Both the position numbers and the translations under genes were made by a program. A stretch of 33,568 bases of DNA, taken from a plasmid. Positions 22,307 through 30,770 of the stretch are shown one piece after another. Each line of letters begins with the position of its first letter. Position 1 is the stretch's first letter. The stretch is taken from NCBI RefSeq assembly GCF_988242995.1, contig NZ_OZ547045.1; one strand, given 5' to 3'. Below the pieces are notes generated by a model, which worked only from the letters and a program-made list of their open reading frames with translations, was not told the origin of the DNA and did not search any database.

Positions 22307-23074
22307 TTAGGCTGCCTGGTATTCTGCCTTTCCGCAGTGTTCGCCGCCACAGTACAGAATTAGGCCCGGTTTCCCCCAAACGTTGGTATGGCATTTCGGG
22401 CAGGTGTATTTTGTCCGGTTTGATTTATTAACCGGCGTATCCGGTGGCGGGTTTACCAGGGAAAGGGCTTGCGTGATCTCATCATCCAGCTCGCCATTGT
22501 CGCTGTAACCCTCATCATCATCGCCATCATCAACATAACCTTTGCCGTCTGCGCCGGTTGGCGTTGGTGGCGTTGGTTTGTGCGGTGGGAACCTGTCCAG
22601 CCAGCTCAGTTTAAACTCCGTGGTTAGCAACTCCTTGCAGGCTGTATCAAACGGGCCGCCGTCCTCGATGTAGTGGCTCATCGACTCACCGACGCGCTTT
22701 CCTCCGGGCTGGCCGCTGTCGGATGGTATCAGGCCGATGCGCTCCATCATCGCCGCCCACTCTTTATTGTGGTATCCACGGCGTCCCGGTTGGCCGGTGT
22801 GTTGTTGGTACTGGTGAACCATTTCATGCACAAGCGTGGAAAGTGTGTCGCGTATCGTGCGGATCGAGAAATAGACCGGATTCATGGCGATTTCATCAAC
22901 GATTTGGCCGGTTGTGCGGCCAACAAAACGGGCATTTGAGAAATAGCCAAACGTTCGTTTTTCGCGCTGAAGGGTGATTAGGCAGGGCGGCAGCGTACTA
23001 TCAAACAGCCGCTGATTGAAAAATTCGTATGCGCGTTGAAGCTCGTCGTAAGTTTCCTGGGTAGGGATGATCAT
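22307..23074 (-). CDS. SprT-like zinc metalloprotease with a C-terminal zinc ribbon
   Basis: HEMVH motif in an SprT-like context (LSTLVHEMVHQYQQ...YHNKEWAAMMERIGL). The C-terminus is CPKCHTNVWG...YCGGEHC. The likely start is MIIPTQ at 23074 (GAGG SD). The ORF-track start at 23113 lies inside an operator. Confidence 0.75.
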   Translation of the reverse strand: MIIPTQETYDELQRAYEFFNQRLFDSTLPPCLITLQREKRTFGYFSNARFVGRTTGQIVDEIAMNPVYFSIRTIRDTLSTLVHEMVHQYQQHTGQPGRRGYHNKEWAAMMERIGLIPSDSGQPGGKRVGESMSHYIEDGGPFDTACKELLTTEFKLSWLDRFPPHKPTPPTPTGADGKGYVDDGDDDEGYSDNGELDDEITQALSLVNPPPDTPVNKSNRTKYTCPKCHTNVWGKPGLILYCGGEHCGKAEYQAA

Positions 23075-23096
23075 AGCGGCCTCATAAATTAATTTC

Positions 23097-23140
23097 TGGA
23101 TTGTGCAATCCATTTTATTGCTTATGGATTGTGCAATCCA
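23097..23140. promoter_or_regulatory. Two copies of the 16-bp motif TGGATTGTGCAATCCA flanking a -10-like TAAAAT (minus strand) of the SprT-like gene
   Basis: Copies at 23097..23112 and 23125..23140. The minus-strand TAAAAT corresponds to 23112..23117. Confidence 0.6.
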
Positions 23141-23151
23141 CTTTTATTTTG

Positions 23152-23233
23152 GGCGTTCCCTGCGGGCGGGCTTTCGTGCTGCGCATCGAGCCAGGCAAGC
23201 TGTCTCGACCCTTCGGGCGTCAATCCCTAACGC
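23152..23233 (+). repeat. Isolated copy of CUP module M1
   Basis: GGCGTTCCCTGCGGGCGGGCTTTCGTGCTGCGCATCGAGCCAGGCAAGCTGTCTCGACCCTTCGGGCGTCAATCCCTAACGC matches the M1 segment of copies B and C, apart from one missing base and about three substitutions. Confidence 0.85.
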
Positions 23234-23242
23234 AATCCAGGC

Positions 23243-23270
23243 AAAAAAAAGCGGCCCGCATGGGGCCGCT
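23243..23270 (-). terminator. Rho-independent terminator of the stbABC operon
   Basis: The minus strand reads GCGGCCCC-ATGC-GGGCCGC followed by T8. Confidence 0.8.
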
Positions 23271-23287
23271 TCCGGTCAGGCTTTTTA

Positions 23288-23656
23288 TCAGTGCAGCAGG
23301 AACGTTATAGCCGCCGCGCCGAGCGCTCCACCAACAAAGGAACAGACAACCGTGATAATCAGTATCTGCCTGATAAGCGCTTTCGAAAACCCTGTATGCG
23401 CCCCGGCCAGACGTTCAAAAAATTGTTCGCTAACCTTCTGCTCCTTCTTCAGAGTGTTGACCAGCTCGCGCTGGCTTGCGATCACTTCTGTTTTCGCAGT
23501 CTCCGATGATTTTGCTATCGCGTCGGAGGCTTTATCCAGCCGTTCTATTGCTTCGGTAACGCTTACACTTACACTTTCCAGTTTTGAGGTGATTTCTTTA
23601 GCATCGCCTAAAAACCAGTCCATCAGGACATCTAATTTATCAGGTTGCTTTTCCAT
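23288..23656 (-). CDS. stbC: StbC-position protein with a C-terminal TM helix
   Basis: 122 aa. It is the third gene of the stb-like operon. The assignment is by synteny only. Confidence 0.55.
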   Translation of the reverse strand: MEKQPDKLDVLMDWFLGDAKEITSKLESVSVSVTEAIERLDKASDAIAKSSETAKTEVIASQRELVNTLKKEQKVSEQFFERLAGAHTGFSKALIRQILIITVVCSFVGGALGAAAITFLLH

Positions 23657-23657
23657 A

Positions 23658-24368
23658 TTATTCAGCCGTTAATATTTCAAAGGTGCGATCAAGATTACGT
23701 TTAACCGGTAATGCTAATTTCATCCAGCGATAACGACGCGCAGCCGCCGCACGTTCATCGGCATCGGTGCAAGTTTTAGCTTTTGCTTTAAAGGTTTCTG
23801 GATCTTCTGCCAGCAGTTCTTCAAACGAAATTTTGTGATACGCGAGGTATTCATAAATTTCACTTTCAAAAACGGCGGCATCTTTATGAATAGAGGCTTT
23901 TTTAGAATCTTTCGCCCATTCATATACCGAAGCAATATCCTCCTGCGGAGTCGATTTAATGCGGTTAGGCAGAAGAACAATTTTAGATTTAGGAACGCCA
24001 GCGGCACTTAACGCGAGGGCGGTCTTAATACTTTCCTGCCATGCTTTATCATCCGGGGTGACAGGAATCAGATATTTATCAAATTCGTCAATTGCACCCT
24101 CATATTTTGTCATGGTAGAAAGAAACCGCTCAACGTTCGACGCGCCAATATCCACGATGGCATTATCTTCAAATACGATTTCTTCAACGAGTTGACCAAA
24201 GTTATCGCCGGTTAAGCTCATCACTTCATCAACACCCAAATCCGCAGCCGACATATTGATTGTCTCGATGGCAAAGAATTTAGCGCCAGCCATGCGAGGA
24301 TACAGCAGGTATGACGAAATAATGGTTTTGCCGACGCTGCCACTGTAATTCATTACTGCAATTTTCAT
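23658..24368 (-). CDS. stbB: ParA/MinD-like ATPase (StbB-like)
   Basis: 236 aa with a deviant Walker A at the N-terminus (MKIAVMNYSGSVGKT). AAGGAG SD. Confidence 0.8.
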   Translation of the reverse strand: MKIAVMNYSGSVGKTIISSYLLYPRMAGAKFFAIETINMSAADLGVDEVMSLTGDNFGQLVEEIVFEDNAIVDIGASNVERFLSTMTKYEGAIDEFDKYLIPVTPDDKAWQESIKTALALSAAGVPKSKIVLLPNRIKSTPQEDIASVYEWAKDSKKASIHKDAAVFESEIYEYLAYHKISFEELLAEDPETFKAKAKTCTDADERAAAARRYRWMKLALPVKRNLDRTFEILTAE

Positions 24369-24380
24369 CTGTAAGCTCCT

Positions 24381-24815
24381 TTAGAAACCTTTCTTATTAC
24401 CTACGCTACCTTTGAATGAGGTTGCGACTTTCTTTGCCTCATCACCAATTTTTTTAAAATCGGTATCGGATAAAAATTCTTTGTTCCCGCCCATATCCTC
24501 AACTAATTTTTCTGGTTCTGGATTGTGCAATCCAGTTTCCACCGGTTCCGCTTTCTCCTGCTCTTTTGGATTGTGCAATCCAGTATTTACCGTACTTTCT
24601 GGATTGTGCAATCCACCTTTTTTGCGTTTCAATCTTGCCCGGTACAAGGCCATATCTAACGCTTTCACAGTCACAGAAAAGCTGTATTCACTATCAAGAA
24701 GTTGAGCAATTTCTTGCCTACTAATACCCTTGTCTAACAAACCTTCAATCTCATCAAGACGCGCTCTTACAGCCGCAGCGAGATTGCGAGGTTCCAGTAA
24801 AAGGTCTTTTTTCAT
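24381..24815 (-). CDS. stbA: StbA-like DNA-binding protein (N-terminal HTH, repetitive linker)
   Basis: 144 aa. It is the first gene next to oriT. It has an HTH-like segment (GISRQEIAQLL) and three GLHNP repeats. The assignment is by synteny with R388/pKM101. Confidence 0.65.
   Translation of the reverse strand: MKKDLLLEPRNLAAAVRARLDEIEGLLDKGISRQEIAQLLDSEYSFSVTVKALDMALYRARLKRKKGGLHNPESTVNTGLHNPKEQEKAEPVETGLHNPEPEKLVEDMGGNKEFLSDTDFKKIGDEAKKVATSFKGSVGNKKGF
24519..24615. repeat. Three further copies of TGGATTGTGCAATCCA inside the stbA coding sequence
   Basis: Copies at 24519..24534, 24567..24582 and 24600..24615. All are in the same orientation as the two at 23097..23140. Each encodes GLHNP. 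Confidence 0.9.
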
Positions 24816-24876
24816 ACCACCCCCGCTTGTCGAATTTCACTATATGGCAGCCTGTTTTAGCTGTCAATCGGTTTTT

Positions 24877-25012
24877 GTAGTATTTCAGTAGTATTCCTGT
24901 AGTAATTCAGTAGTAACGCTTGTCGATACCGCTCATTTTTGTAGTATATCTGTAGTAATGGCTATTTCAGTTTGTAGTATTTTAGTAGTAATTCAGTAGT
25001 ATCGGTGTAGAA
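24877..25012. repeat. Phased GTAGTA repeat array (putative StbA-binding, centromere-like site)
   Basis: GTAGTA at 24877, 24888, 24899, 24910, 24941, 24952, 24974, 24985 and 24996, plus GTAGAA at 25007. Within each cluster the copies fall on an 11-bp lattice. Confidence 0.7.
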
Positions 25013-25121
25013 AACTTTCATGCAAGCATGAAAGTGGTGAATGTGAACGCTTTTTGAGCGTTTTATGCGTGTGTAAGACCTGTTTCTCCCTTAAAAAAGG
25101 CGTGTTATGGTATCCCTTAAT

Positions 25122-25160
25122 GGCTATACACCATACGCAATTACGATTTTCATCGTAAAT
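25122..25160 (-). other. oriT core: inverted repeat + predicted nic site (minus strand)
   Basis: The minus strand reads ATTTACGAT-GAAA-ATCGTAAT-TGCGTATGGTGT/ATAGCC. This resembles the R388 site GCGCACC-GAAA-GGTGCGT-ATTGTCT/ATAGCC, as I recall it. The predicted nick is between 25128 and 25127. Confidence 0.6.
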
Positions 25161-25197
25161 GCTTGAAAACAAAACAAATTATTCTAATTTGTGTTTT

Positions 25198-25279
25198 CAT
25201 ATGTAATACACTACGTATTACATATGTGTGTCTAAGCCGCATATATGCTAGATTTAACTGTATTACATCGGTATTACAT
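25198..25279. promoter_or_regulatory. 12-bp inverted repeat plus 11-bp-spaced direct repeats of GTATTACAT upstream of the RHH gene
   Basis: CATATGTAATAC-ACTAC-GTATTACATATG (25198..25226). GTATTACAT also occurs at 25260 and 25271. These are probably binding sites for the accessory protein and part of its promoter. Confidence 0.55.
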
Positions 25280-25290
25280 CAAGGAAACCC

Positions 25291-25638
25291 ATGCCAACAA
25301 TCAGTTTAAGAGTGACCGAAGCGCAAAAAATCGACCTTGAATTTCGTTCGGAGGGCAACGTATCGGACTACATCAAGCAACAGCTTTTTGGACAAAAAGA
25401 GAGTGCCAGCGAAGTGATCTCCCGGCTTGATAAACTTCTGGAACGTCCTGTTTCAGAGCATCAAGCAGCCGGGCGAGATAGGTACATCGAGGCTATGTTG
25501 ATCGAGGTGTTATTGATACTTCGCCAGGTGAGTAAAGCAGATGCGCAGAAAGTAGCCGGTGGTGAAATTCGGCGCTTAGGGCTGGAGCCGTGGTCAGCAG
25601 AACTGGCCCAGGAAAGAGAGGAACAGAGTCATGAATGA
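25291..25638 (+). CDS. trwA: Ribbon-helix-helix relaxosome accessory protein (TrwA-like)
   Basis: 115 aa with an N-terminal RHH signature (PTISLRVTEAQKIDLE...SDYIKQQL). It is the first gene reading away from oriT. Confidence 0.7.
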   Translation: MPTISLRVTEAQKIDLEFRSEGNVSDYIKQQLFGQKESASEVISRLDKLLERPVSEHQAAGRDRYIEAMLIEVLLILRQVSKADAQKVAGGEIRRLGLEPWSAELAQEREEQSHE

Positions 25639-27208
25639 AGCGGATAAGGGTAAAATTTGCCTGGGAGCATTGCTGTTTACCCCTCTAGTTACGTGGTTTA
25701 TTGCTGCAAAATCATTGTATGGATTTACGCCAAAAGATGCGCGTGAACGTCTGGTTTTGCTTATTCAACAGACCTTTGATTTATGGCCGTTATGGGGCGC
25801 TTTATTAGCCGGTGAGATAGTTGCCATTATAGGGCTTGTCATCTTTTTTAAATTTAACCACCAGATATTCAAAGGCGCACCATTTAAGAAAATATACCGT
25901 GGCACACGGCTTGTTTCAAAAAGAGCTTTAGCCTCATTAACCAAAGAAAGGGAGCCGCAAATAACGATTGCTGATATTCCAATTCCTACTAAAGCAGAGG
26001 CTACGCATATTTCTATAGCCGGTGCTACAGGCGTTGGTAAGTCAACAATATTTGCTGAAATGATGAAATGTTGTTTAATGCGCGGCAAGATGGAGCGCGT
26101 AGCTTCAAAGAAAGACCGCATGATAATACTAGATCCAGACGGTGATTTTCTTTCTCGCTTTTATAAGAAAGGCGATAAGATTTTAAATCCCTACGATGCC
26201 AGAACGGAGGGGTGGGTATTTTTTAATGAAATTAAAAGTGATTTTGACTTTGAGCGGTTCGGTGTTTCAATCGTACCTACAGCGAAAGATTCACAAACAG
26301 AAGAATGGAATGGATACGGTCGCCTTTTGTTTACCGAGGTAGCGCGGAAGGTATTTAACACAAGCCGAAATCCAACAATGGAAGAAGTATTCTATTGGAC
26401 AAACGAAGTACCATTAGAAGAACTTGAAGGATATGTCAGAGGAACTAAAGCGCAGGCTTTATTTGCCGGTAGCGGTCGGGCCGTGGGTAGCGCTCGCTTT
26501 GTGCTTAGTAATAAACTTGCCGCGCACCTGAAAATGCCGACAGGAGATTTTTCAATTCGTGAATGGCTAGACGATCCAAACGGTGGGAATTTATATATCA
26601 CCTGGACTGATGAAATGCGTGAAGCACTGAAATCACTTATTTCATGCTGGACAGATAGCATTTTCTCTATTGTGTTAGGGATGAGTTCAAGCCATACCCG
26701 GAAAATCTGGACATTTATAGATGAACTGGAATCCCTTGATTACCTACCTTCATTGCGTGATGCGTTAACTAAAGGCCGCAAAAAAGGGCTTAGAGTTGTC
26801 ACCGGCTATCAATCGTATTCACAGGTTATCAGCATCTATGGCAGCGATGTAGCCGAAACCCTTTTATCTAACCATCGTACATCCGTTGTCATGGCCGCCG
26901 GTCGCCTGGGTGAAAGAACACTGGAATTTGTCTCTAAATCATTGGGTGAGATTGAAGGTGAAAGAGAGAAAACAGGAATTAGCCGCCGCTTTGGTCAGTT
27001 GGGAACAAAAAATACCAATGAAGATCACAAGCGCGAACGGGCAGTAACGCCAACCGAAATCGCTACGCTGGATGATTTGACCGGCTACATAGCGTTTCCG
27101 GGAAGTCTGCCAGTGGCAAAATTTGAGACTCATCACGTTAAATACACTCGTTCTAACCCCGTACCGGGCGTTGTCTTACGTGAAAGCACCGCATTTGCAG
27201 GAATGTAA
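25631..27208 (+). CDS. trwB: Type IV coupling protein (VirD4/TrwB family)
   Basis: 525 aa with two N-terminal TM helices and Walker A GATGVGKST. It overlaps the upstream gene by 8 nt. Confidence 0.92.
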   Translation: MNEADKGKICLGALLFTPLVTWFIAAKSLYGFTPKDARERLVLLIQQTFDLWPLWGALLAGEIVAIIGLVIFFKFNHQIFKGAPFKKIYRGTRLVSKRALASLTKEREPQITIADIPIPTKAEATHISIAGATGVGKSTIFAEMMKCCLMRGKMERVASKKDRMIILDPDGDFLSRFYKKGDKILNPYDARTEGWVFFNEIKSDFDFERFGVSIVPTAKDSQTEEWNGYGRLLFTEVARKVFNTSRNPTMEEVFYWTNEVPLEELEGYVRGTKAQALFAGSGRAVGSARFVLSNKLAAHLKMPTGDFSIREWLDDPNGGNLYITWTDEMREALKSLISCWTDSIFSIVLGMSSSHTRKIWTFIDELESLDYLPSLRDALTKGRKKGLRVVTGYQSYSQVISIYGSDVAETLLSNHRTSVVMAAGRLGERTLEFVSKSLGEIEGEREKTGISRRFGQLGTKNTNEDHKRERAVTPTEIATLDDLTGYIAFPGSLPVAKFETHHVKYTRSNPVPGVVLRESTAFAGM

Positions 27209-27210
27209 AC

Positions 27211-30117
27211 ATGCTGAATATTACGACTATTACCCGTCAGCGAGTGGATAAGGTTGTCGATTACTACTCTGATGGCGCAGACGATTATTATGCAAAAGAC
27301 GGCAACGCGATGCAGTGGCAAGGCGCTGGCGCGGAGGAATTGGGCCTAACCGGAGAGGTTGAGCAACAACGATTTGCAAAGTTGCTCGATGGTAAAATTA
27401 CGGATGATATTTCCGTGATGCGTAAGACGGCCAACAGCGAAAGCAAAGAGCGGTTAGGTTATGACCTCACGTTTTCCGCGCCCAAAGGCGTTACGCTTCA
27501 GGCGCTGGTCGGTGGTGATAAACGTATAATCGAAGCGCATGATCGGGCCGTGGCAAAAGCTATTGAGGAAGCGGAACGGTTGGCGTTAGGCCGCTTTACC
27601 ATCAACAAAAAAACGCACGTTGAAAACACCAATAAGCTGATTGTTGCGAAATTCAGACATGAAACTTCTCGTGAGTTAGATCCTGAATTACATACCCATG
27701 CGTTTGTAATGAACCTCACCAAAACCAGTGATGGTAAATGGCGTTCACTCACTAATGACGGCATTGTTAACTCGCTTACTTTATTGGGTAACGTCTATAA
27801 ATCGGAGCTGGCAAGAGAGCTGGAGCTGGCAGGTTACAACCTGCGTTATGACCGTAACGGCACATTTGATTTAGCACACTTCACCCCGGAACAAACCGCA
27901 CACTTCAGCCAGCGCAGCCAGCAAATTGAAGATGAGTTAGCAAAAGCGGGATTGACCCGCGAAACAGCCAGCCATGAACAAAAAAATGCGGCCGCACTTA
28001 AAACCCGCAAAAGCAAAAGCGAAGTGGATCGCGATGTTCTCTATGAGGGCTGGAAAACTCGCGCTAAAGAGCTTCAGATTGATTTTGATAGTCGTGAATG
28101 GAAAGGCGCAGCCAAAGACGACATAGCGCGTAATAAGCAACCAGAGCTGGAAAAGCCGATTGAGTATCAGGCTGACAAGGTTATGACCTTTGCTATCCGT
28201 TCGCTCACCGAACGTCAGTCCGTGATCACCGAGCGGGAGCTGATGGATGTAGCAATGAAGCATGGCTATGGCCGTTTAACCGTCAATGATATACGGGCAG
28301 CGAGAGAGCGGGCCATTTCCTCCGGCAACCTCATCAAAGAAGAAACCCGATACGCAGCGGCCACAACCAATAAAAAACAACAGAACGTTGCCATGACACG
28401 CGAACAATGGGTAACGGAACTGGTGAAAGCTGGCCGTAATAAAGATGAAGCCAGAAAACTTGTAGATAAGGGCATCACAAACGGGCGATTGGTACAGCAA
28501 AAAACACGCTATACCACGCAGTTAGCCCAACAACGAGAGCGCAATATCCTGAAACTGGAGAGGGAAGGGCGCGGGAAAATCCAGGCGCCATACACCCGCG
28601 AGTTTAGCGAAGGTTGGTTAGCCAGCAGAACACTAAAACCCGAACAGTTAAAAGCGGTCATGGGGATTATCCACACCTCTAACCAGTTTATTTCTGTACA
28701 TGGGTTTGCCGGTACTGGCAAAAGTTATATGACCAAATCGGCAGCGGATTTTCTCAAAGAGCAGGGCGTACACGTCACCAGTCTTGCCCCCTATGGTAGC
28801 CAGGTAAAAGCGCTACAGGCTGAAGGGCTGGAGTCTCGTACACTCCAGTCTTTCCTCCAGGCGTCAGATAAAAAAATTGGCCCCGGATCAGTCGTTTTTA
28901 TTGACGAAGCCGGGGTAATCCCTGCCCGTCAGATGGAGGAAACTATGCGCGTGATCCGTGATGCGGGCGCACGAGCGGTATTCCTGGGCGATACAAAACA
29001 GACCAAAGCCGTTGAAGCGGGTAAACCTTTCGAGCAGCTTATCAAAGCTGGCATGGAAACAGCCTATATGAAAGATATTCAGCGCCAGAAAGACCCGGAA
29101 TTGTTGAAAGCGGCGCTGAATGCAGCGGAAGGAAAAATAAAGGCATCGCTGGCGCACGTAACCAGTATCGTTGAAGAAAAAAACCATGATCAACGCTATC
29201 GCCGGATTGTCGGGGATTATGTGGCAATGGCACCAACAGAGCGGGCAAACTCCCTGATTATCACCGGCACGAACGACAGCCGGAAAAAAATCAATGAGTA
29301 CATTCAGGCCGAGCTGGGGCTGAAAGGGCAGGGCTTGAATTACCAGCTACTGAATCGCCTTGATACCACTCAGGCCCAGCGCCAGCACAGCAAGTATTAT
29401 GAGAAAGGAGCCGTAATCATCCCGGAGCGGGATTACAGTAACGGGTTGAAGCGTGGGGGCGTTTATACCGTTCTCGATACCGGCCCCGGCAATAAACTAA
29501 CGGTAAGCGACAGCAGCGGCGACACTATCGCATTTTCACCGGCGCGATTTTCAAAGTTATCCGTGTACTCAGTAGAAAAAACGGAGCTGGCCGTGGGCGA
29601 CCAGGTAAGGATCACCCGTAACGATGCACACCTTGATTTAGCGAACGGCGACCGTTTTAAAGTTAAGGGCGTCCAGAGTGGTGAGGTATTACTGGAGAAC
29701 GAAAGAGGGCGTCTGGTAAAAATTGATGCCAGCAAGCCTATGTACTTAGGGCTGGCATACGCCTCGACCGTACATAGCGCTCAGGGGCTGACCTGCGATA
29801 AAGTTTTTATCAATATGGATACCCGATCACTCACAACGGCCAAAGATGTTTATTACGTAGCTGTCACCCGCGCTAAACACGAAGCCGTCATTTATACCGA
29901 CGATGAGAAAAAGCTGGATAAAGCGGCCAGCCGTGAAGGGTTCAAAACCGCAGCGCTTGAGCTGGAACAACTCAAACGCTACGCCAAAGAGCAGCAACAT
30001 GATTCCCGCGAAAAAGGCCGCGACAAAGCAGAGCCGACACCGGAGAAAGATAATTCCCGGCGTAAAGGCAAGGGCCATGAAAAAAATAACGACGACAGAG
30101 CATTTAACCCGCTCTAA
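27211..30117 (+). CDS. trwC: MOBF relaxase-helicase (TrwC/TraI family)
   Basis: 968 aa. The N-terminal TrwC relaxase domain has DYYSDGADDYYAKDG and the His triad region HETSRELDPELHTHAFVMN. The helicase Walker A is GFAGTGKS. Confidence 0.95.
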   Translation: MLNITTITRQRVDKVVDYYSDGADDYYAKDGNAMQWQGAGAEELGLTGEVEQQRFAKLLDGKITDDISVMRKTANSESKERLGYDLTFSAPKGVTLQALVGGDKRIIEAHDRAVAKAIEEAERLALGRFTINKKTHVENTNKLIVAKFRHETSRELDPELHTHAFVMNLTKTSDGKWRSLTNDGIVNSLTLLGNVYKSELARELELAGYNLRYDRNGTFDLAHFTPEQTAHFSQRSQQIEDELAKAGLTRETASHEQKNAAALKTRKSKSEVDRDVLYEGWKTRAKELQIDFDSREWKGAAKDDIARNKQPELEKPIEYQADKVMTFAIRSLTERQSVITERELMDVAMKHGYGRLTVNDIRAARERAISSGNLIKEETRYAAATTNKKQQNVAMTREQWVTELVKAGRNKDEARKLVDKGITNGRLVQQKTRYTTQLAQQRERNILKLEREGRGKIQAPYTREFSEGWLASRTLKPEQLKAVMGIIHTSNQFISVHGFAGTGKSYMTKSAADFLKEQGVHVTSLAPYGSQVKALQAEGLESRTLQSFLQASDKKIGPGSVVFIDEAGVIPARQMEETMRVIRDAGARAVFLGDTKQTKAVEAGKPFEQLIKAGMETAYMKDIQRQKDPELLKAALNAAEGKIKASLAHVTSIVEEKNHDQRYRRIVGDYVAMAPTERANSLIITGTNDSRKKINEYIQAELGLKGQGLNYQLLNRLDTTQAQRQHSKYYEKGAVIIPERDYSNGLKRGGVYTVLDTGPGNKLTVSDSSGDTIAFSPARFSKLSVYSVEKTELAVGDQVRITRNDAHLDLANGDRFKVKGVQSGEVLLENERGRLVKIDASKPMYLGLAYASTVHSAQGLTCDKVFINMDTRSLTTAKDVYYVAVTRAKHEAVIYTDDEKKLDKAASREGFKTAALELEQLKRYAKEQQHDSREKGRDKAEPTPEKDNSRRKGKGHEKNNDDRAFNPL

Positions 30118-30225
30118 GTGACACCCCCGGACAGTACCGGCACAACGCACCCTGGATTATTGGGAGCCGGTTTTGTCGGGGGTTTTCCTGTATTTATATT
30201 GCGTCTAACCCGTACAATCTTTTTC

Positions 30226-30255
30226 AGGCAGCTTGAATGACTGCCACCTTTTTTT
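30226..30255 (+). terminator. Rho-independent terminator after the relaxase gene
   Basis: GGCAG-CTTGAATGA-CTGCC-ACC followed by T7. Confidence 0.6.
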
Positions 30256-30330
30256 CGTCGCCGGCAGCTGATGGCCAACGCGGGCGCCCAACCAGCTAAA
30301 TCAATAAAAACAGTATGTTAACGGAGGGGG

Positions 30331-30366
30331 AAATAAAAAAAGGGCATTCAAATAATTTGATGCCCT
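30331..30366 (-). terminator. Rho-independent terminator ending the T4SS-nuc-GNAT transcript
   Basis: The minus strand reads AGGGCATCAAA-TTA-TTTGAATGCCCT followed by T7. Confidence 0.7.
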
Positions 30367-30425
30367 TTGTGGGAATTTGCGTACCGGAGTAGTTAGCGGC
30401 TTTTAAGTTTGTGAACAGCCAAGAA

Positions 30426-30681
30426 GGGGTCAGTTTGGAGATCGGAAATTTTTGTACGTTAAGCGCATTATTTAACCAATCTTGGTTCGTAAGGGGTTGA
30501 TTTTGCGTCAGTGGCTATCGCTTTTAAGTTGTCGCTCTTGCAGTATCGCATTTAGGTTATCCGATTAAGGTCAAACCTCTGAAAATGCCGTATAGCGCGG
30601 GAGTACACCCTATTGCTATAGGTAAGTCTGTTCAAAAAACAGGCTTACCGTACAATAATTCTCTATATCCAAACTGACCCC
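30426..30681. repeat. 14-bp long-range inverted repeat
   Basis: GGGGTCAGTTTGGA (30426..30439) pairs with TCCAAACTGACCCC (30668..30681). The right arm covers the last codons of the 35-aa ORF. Confidence 0.85.
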
Positions 30682-30770
30682 AAGAAGCAAAGCCCCACGA
30701 CCACCACACCGACAAACACACAAAGTGAAAGTGTCAAAATAGCATCATTGAATCTATCGGCTGCTGTCAT
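30663..30770 (-). CDS. 35-aa hydrophobic peptide, start 2 nt after the GNAT stop
   Basis: MTAADRFNDAILTLSLCVFVGVVVVGLCFLGSVWI. The ATG lies 2 nt after the GNAT TAA, and GGAGGG lies 8 nt upstream. Confidence 0.45.
   Translation of the reverse strand: MTAADRFNDAILTLSLCVFVGVVVVGLCFLGSVWI

Noticed and set aside
25227-25240. Plus-strand nic candidate GTGTGTCT/AAGCC after the 12-bp inverted repeat at 25198..25226
   Set aside because: A plus-strand nick would make the relaxase operon enter first and put the ssb island last. The minus-strand site at about 25127 matches the remembered MOBF nic (GT/ATAGCC) much better. The 12-bp inverted repeat shares its GTATTACAT core with direct repeats, which is more typical of accessory-protein operators.
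30426-30681. Retron msr/msd interpretation of the flanking inverted repeats
   Set aside because: I found no reverse transcriptase gene on the plasmid, and one arm lies inside a small ORF.
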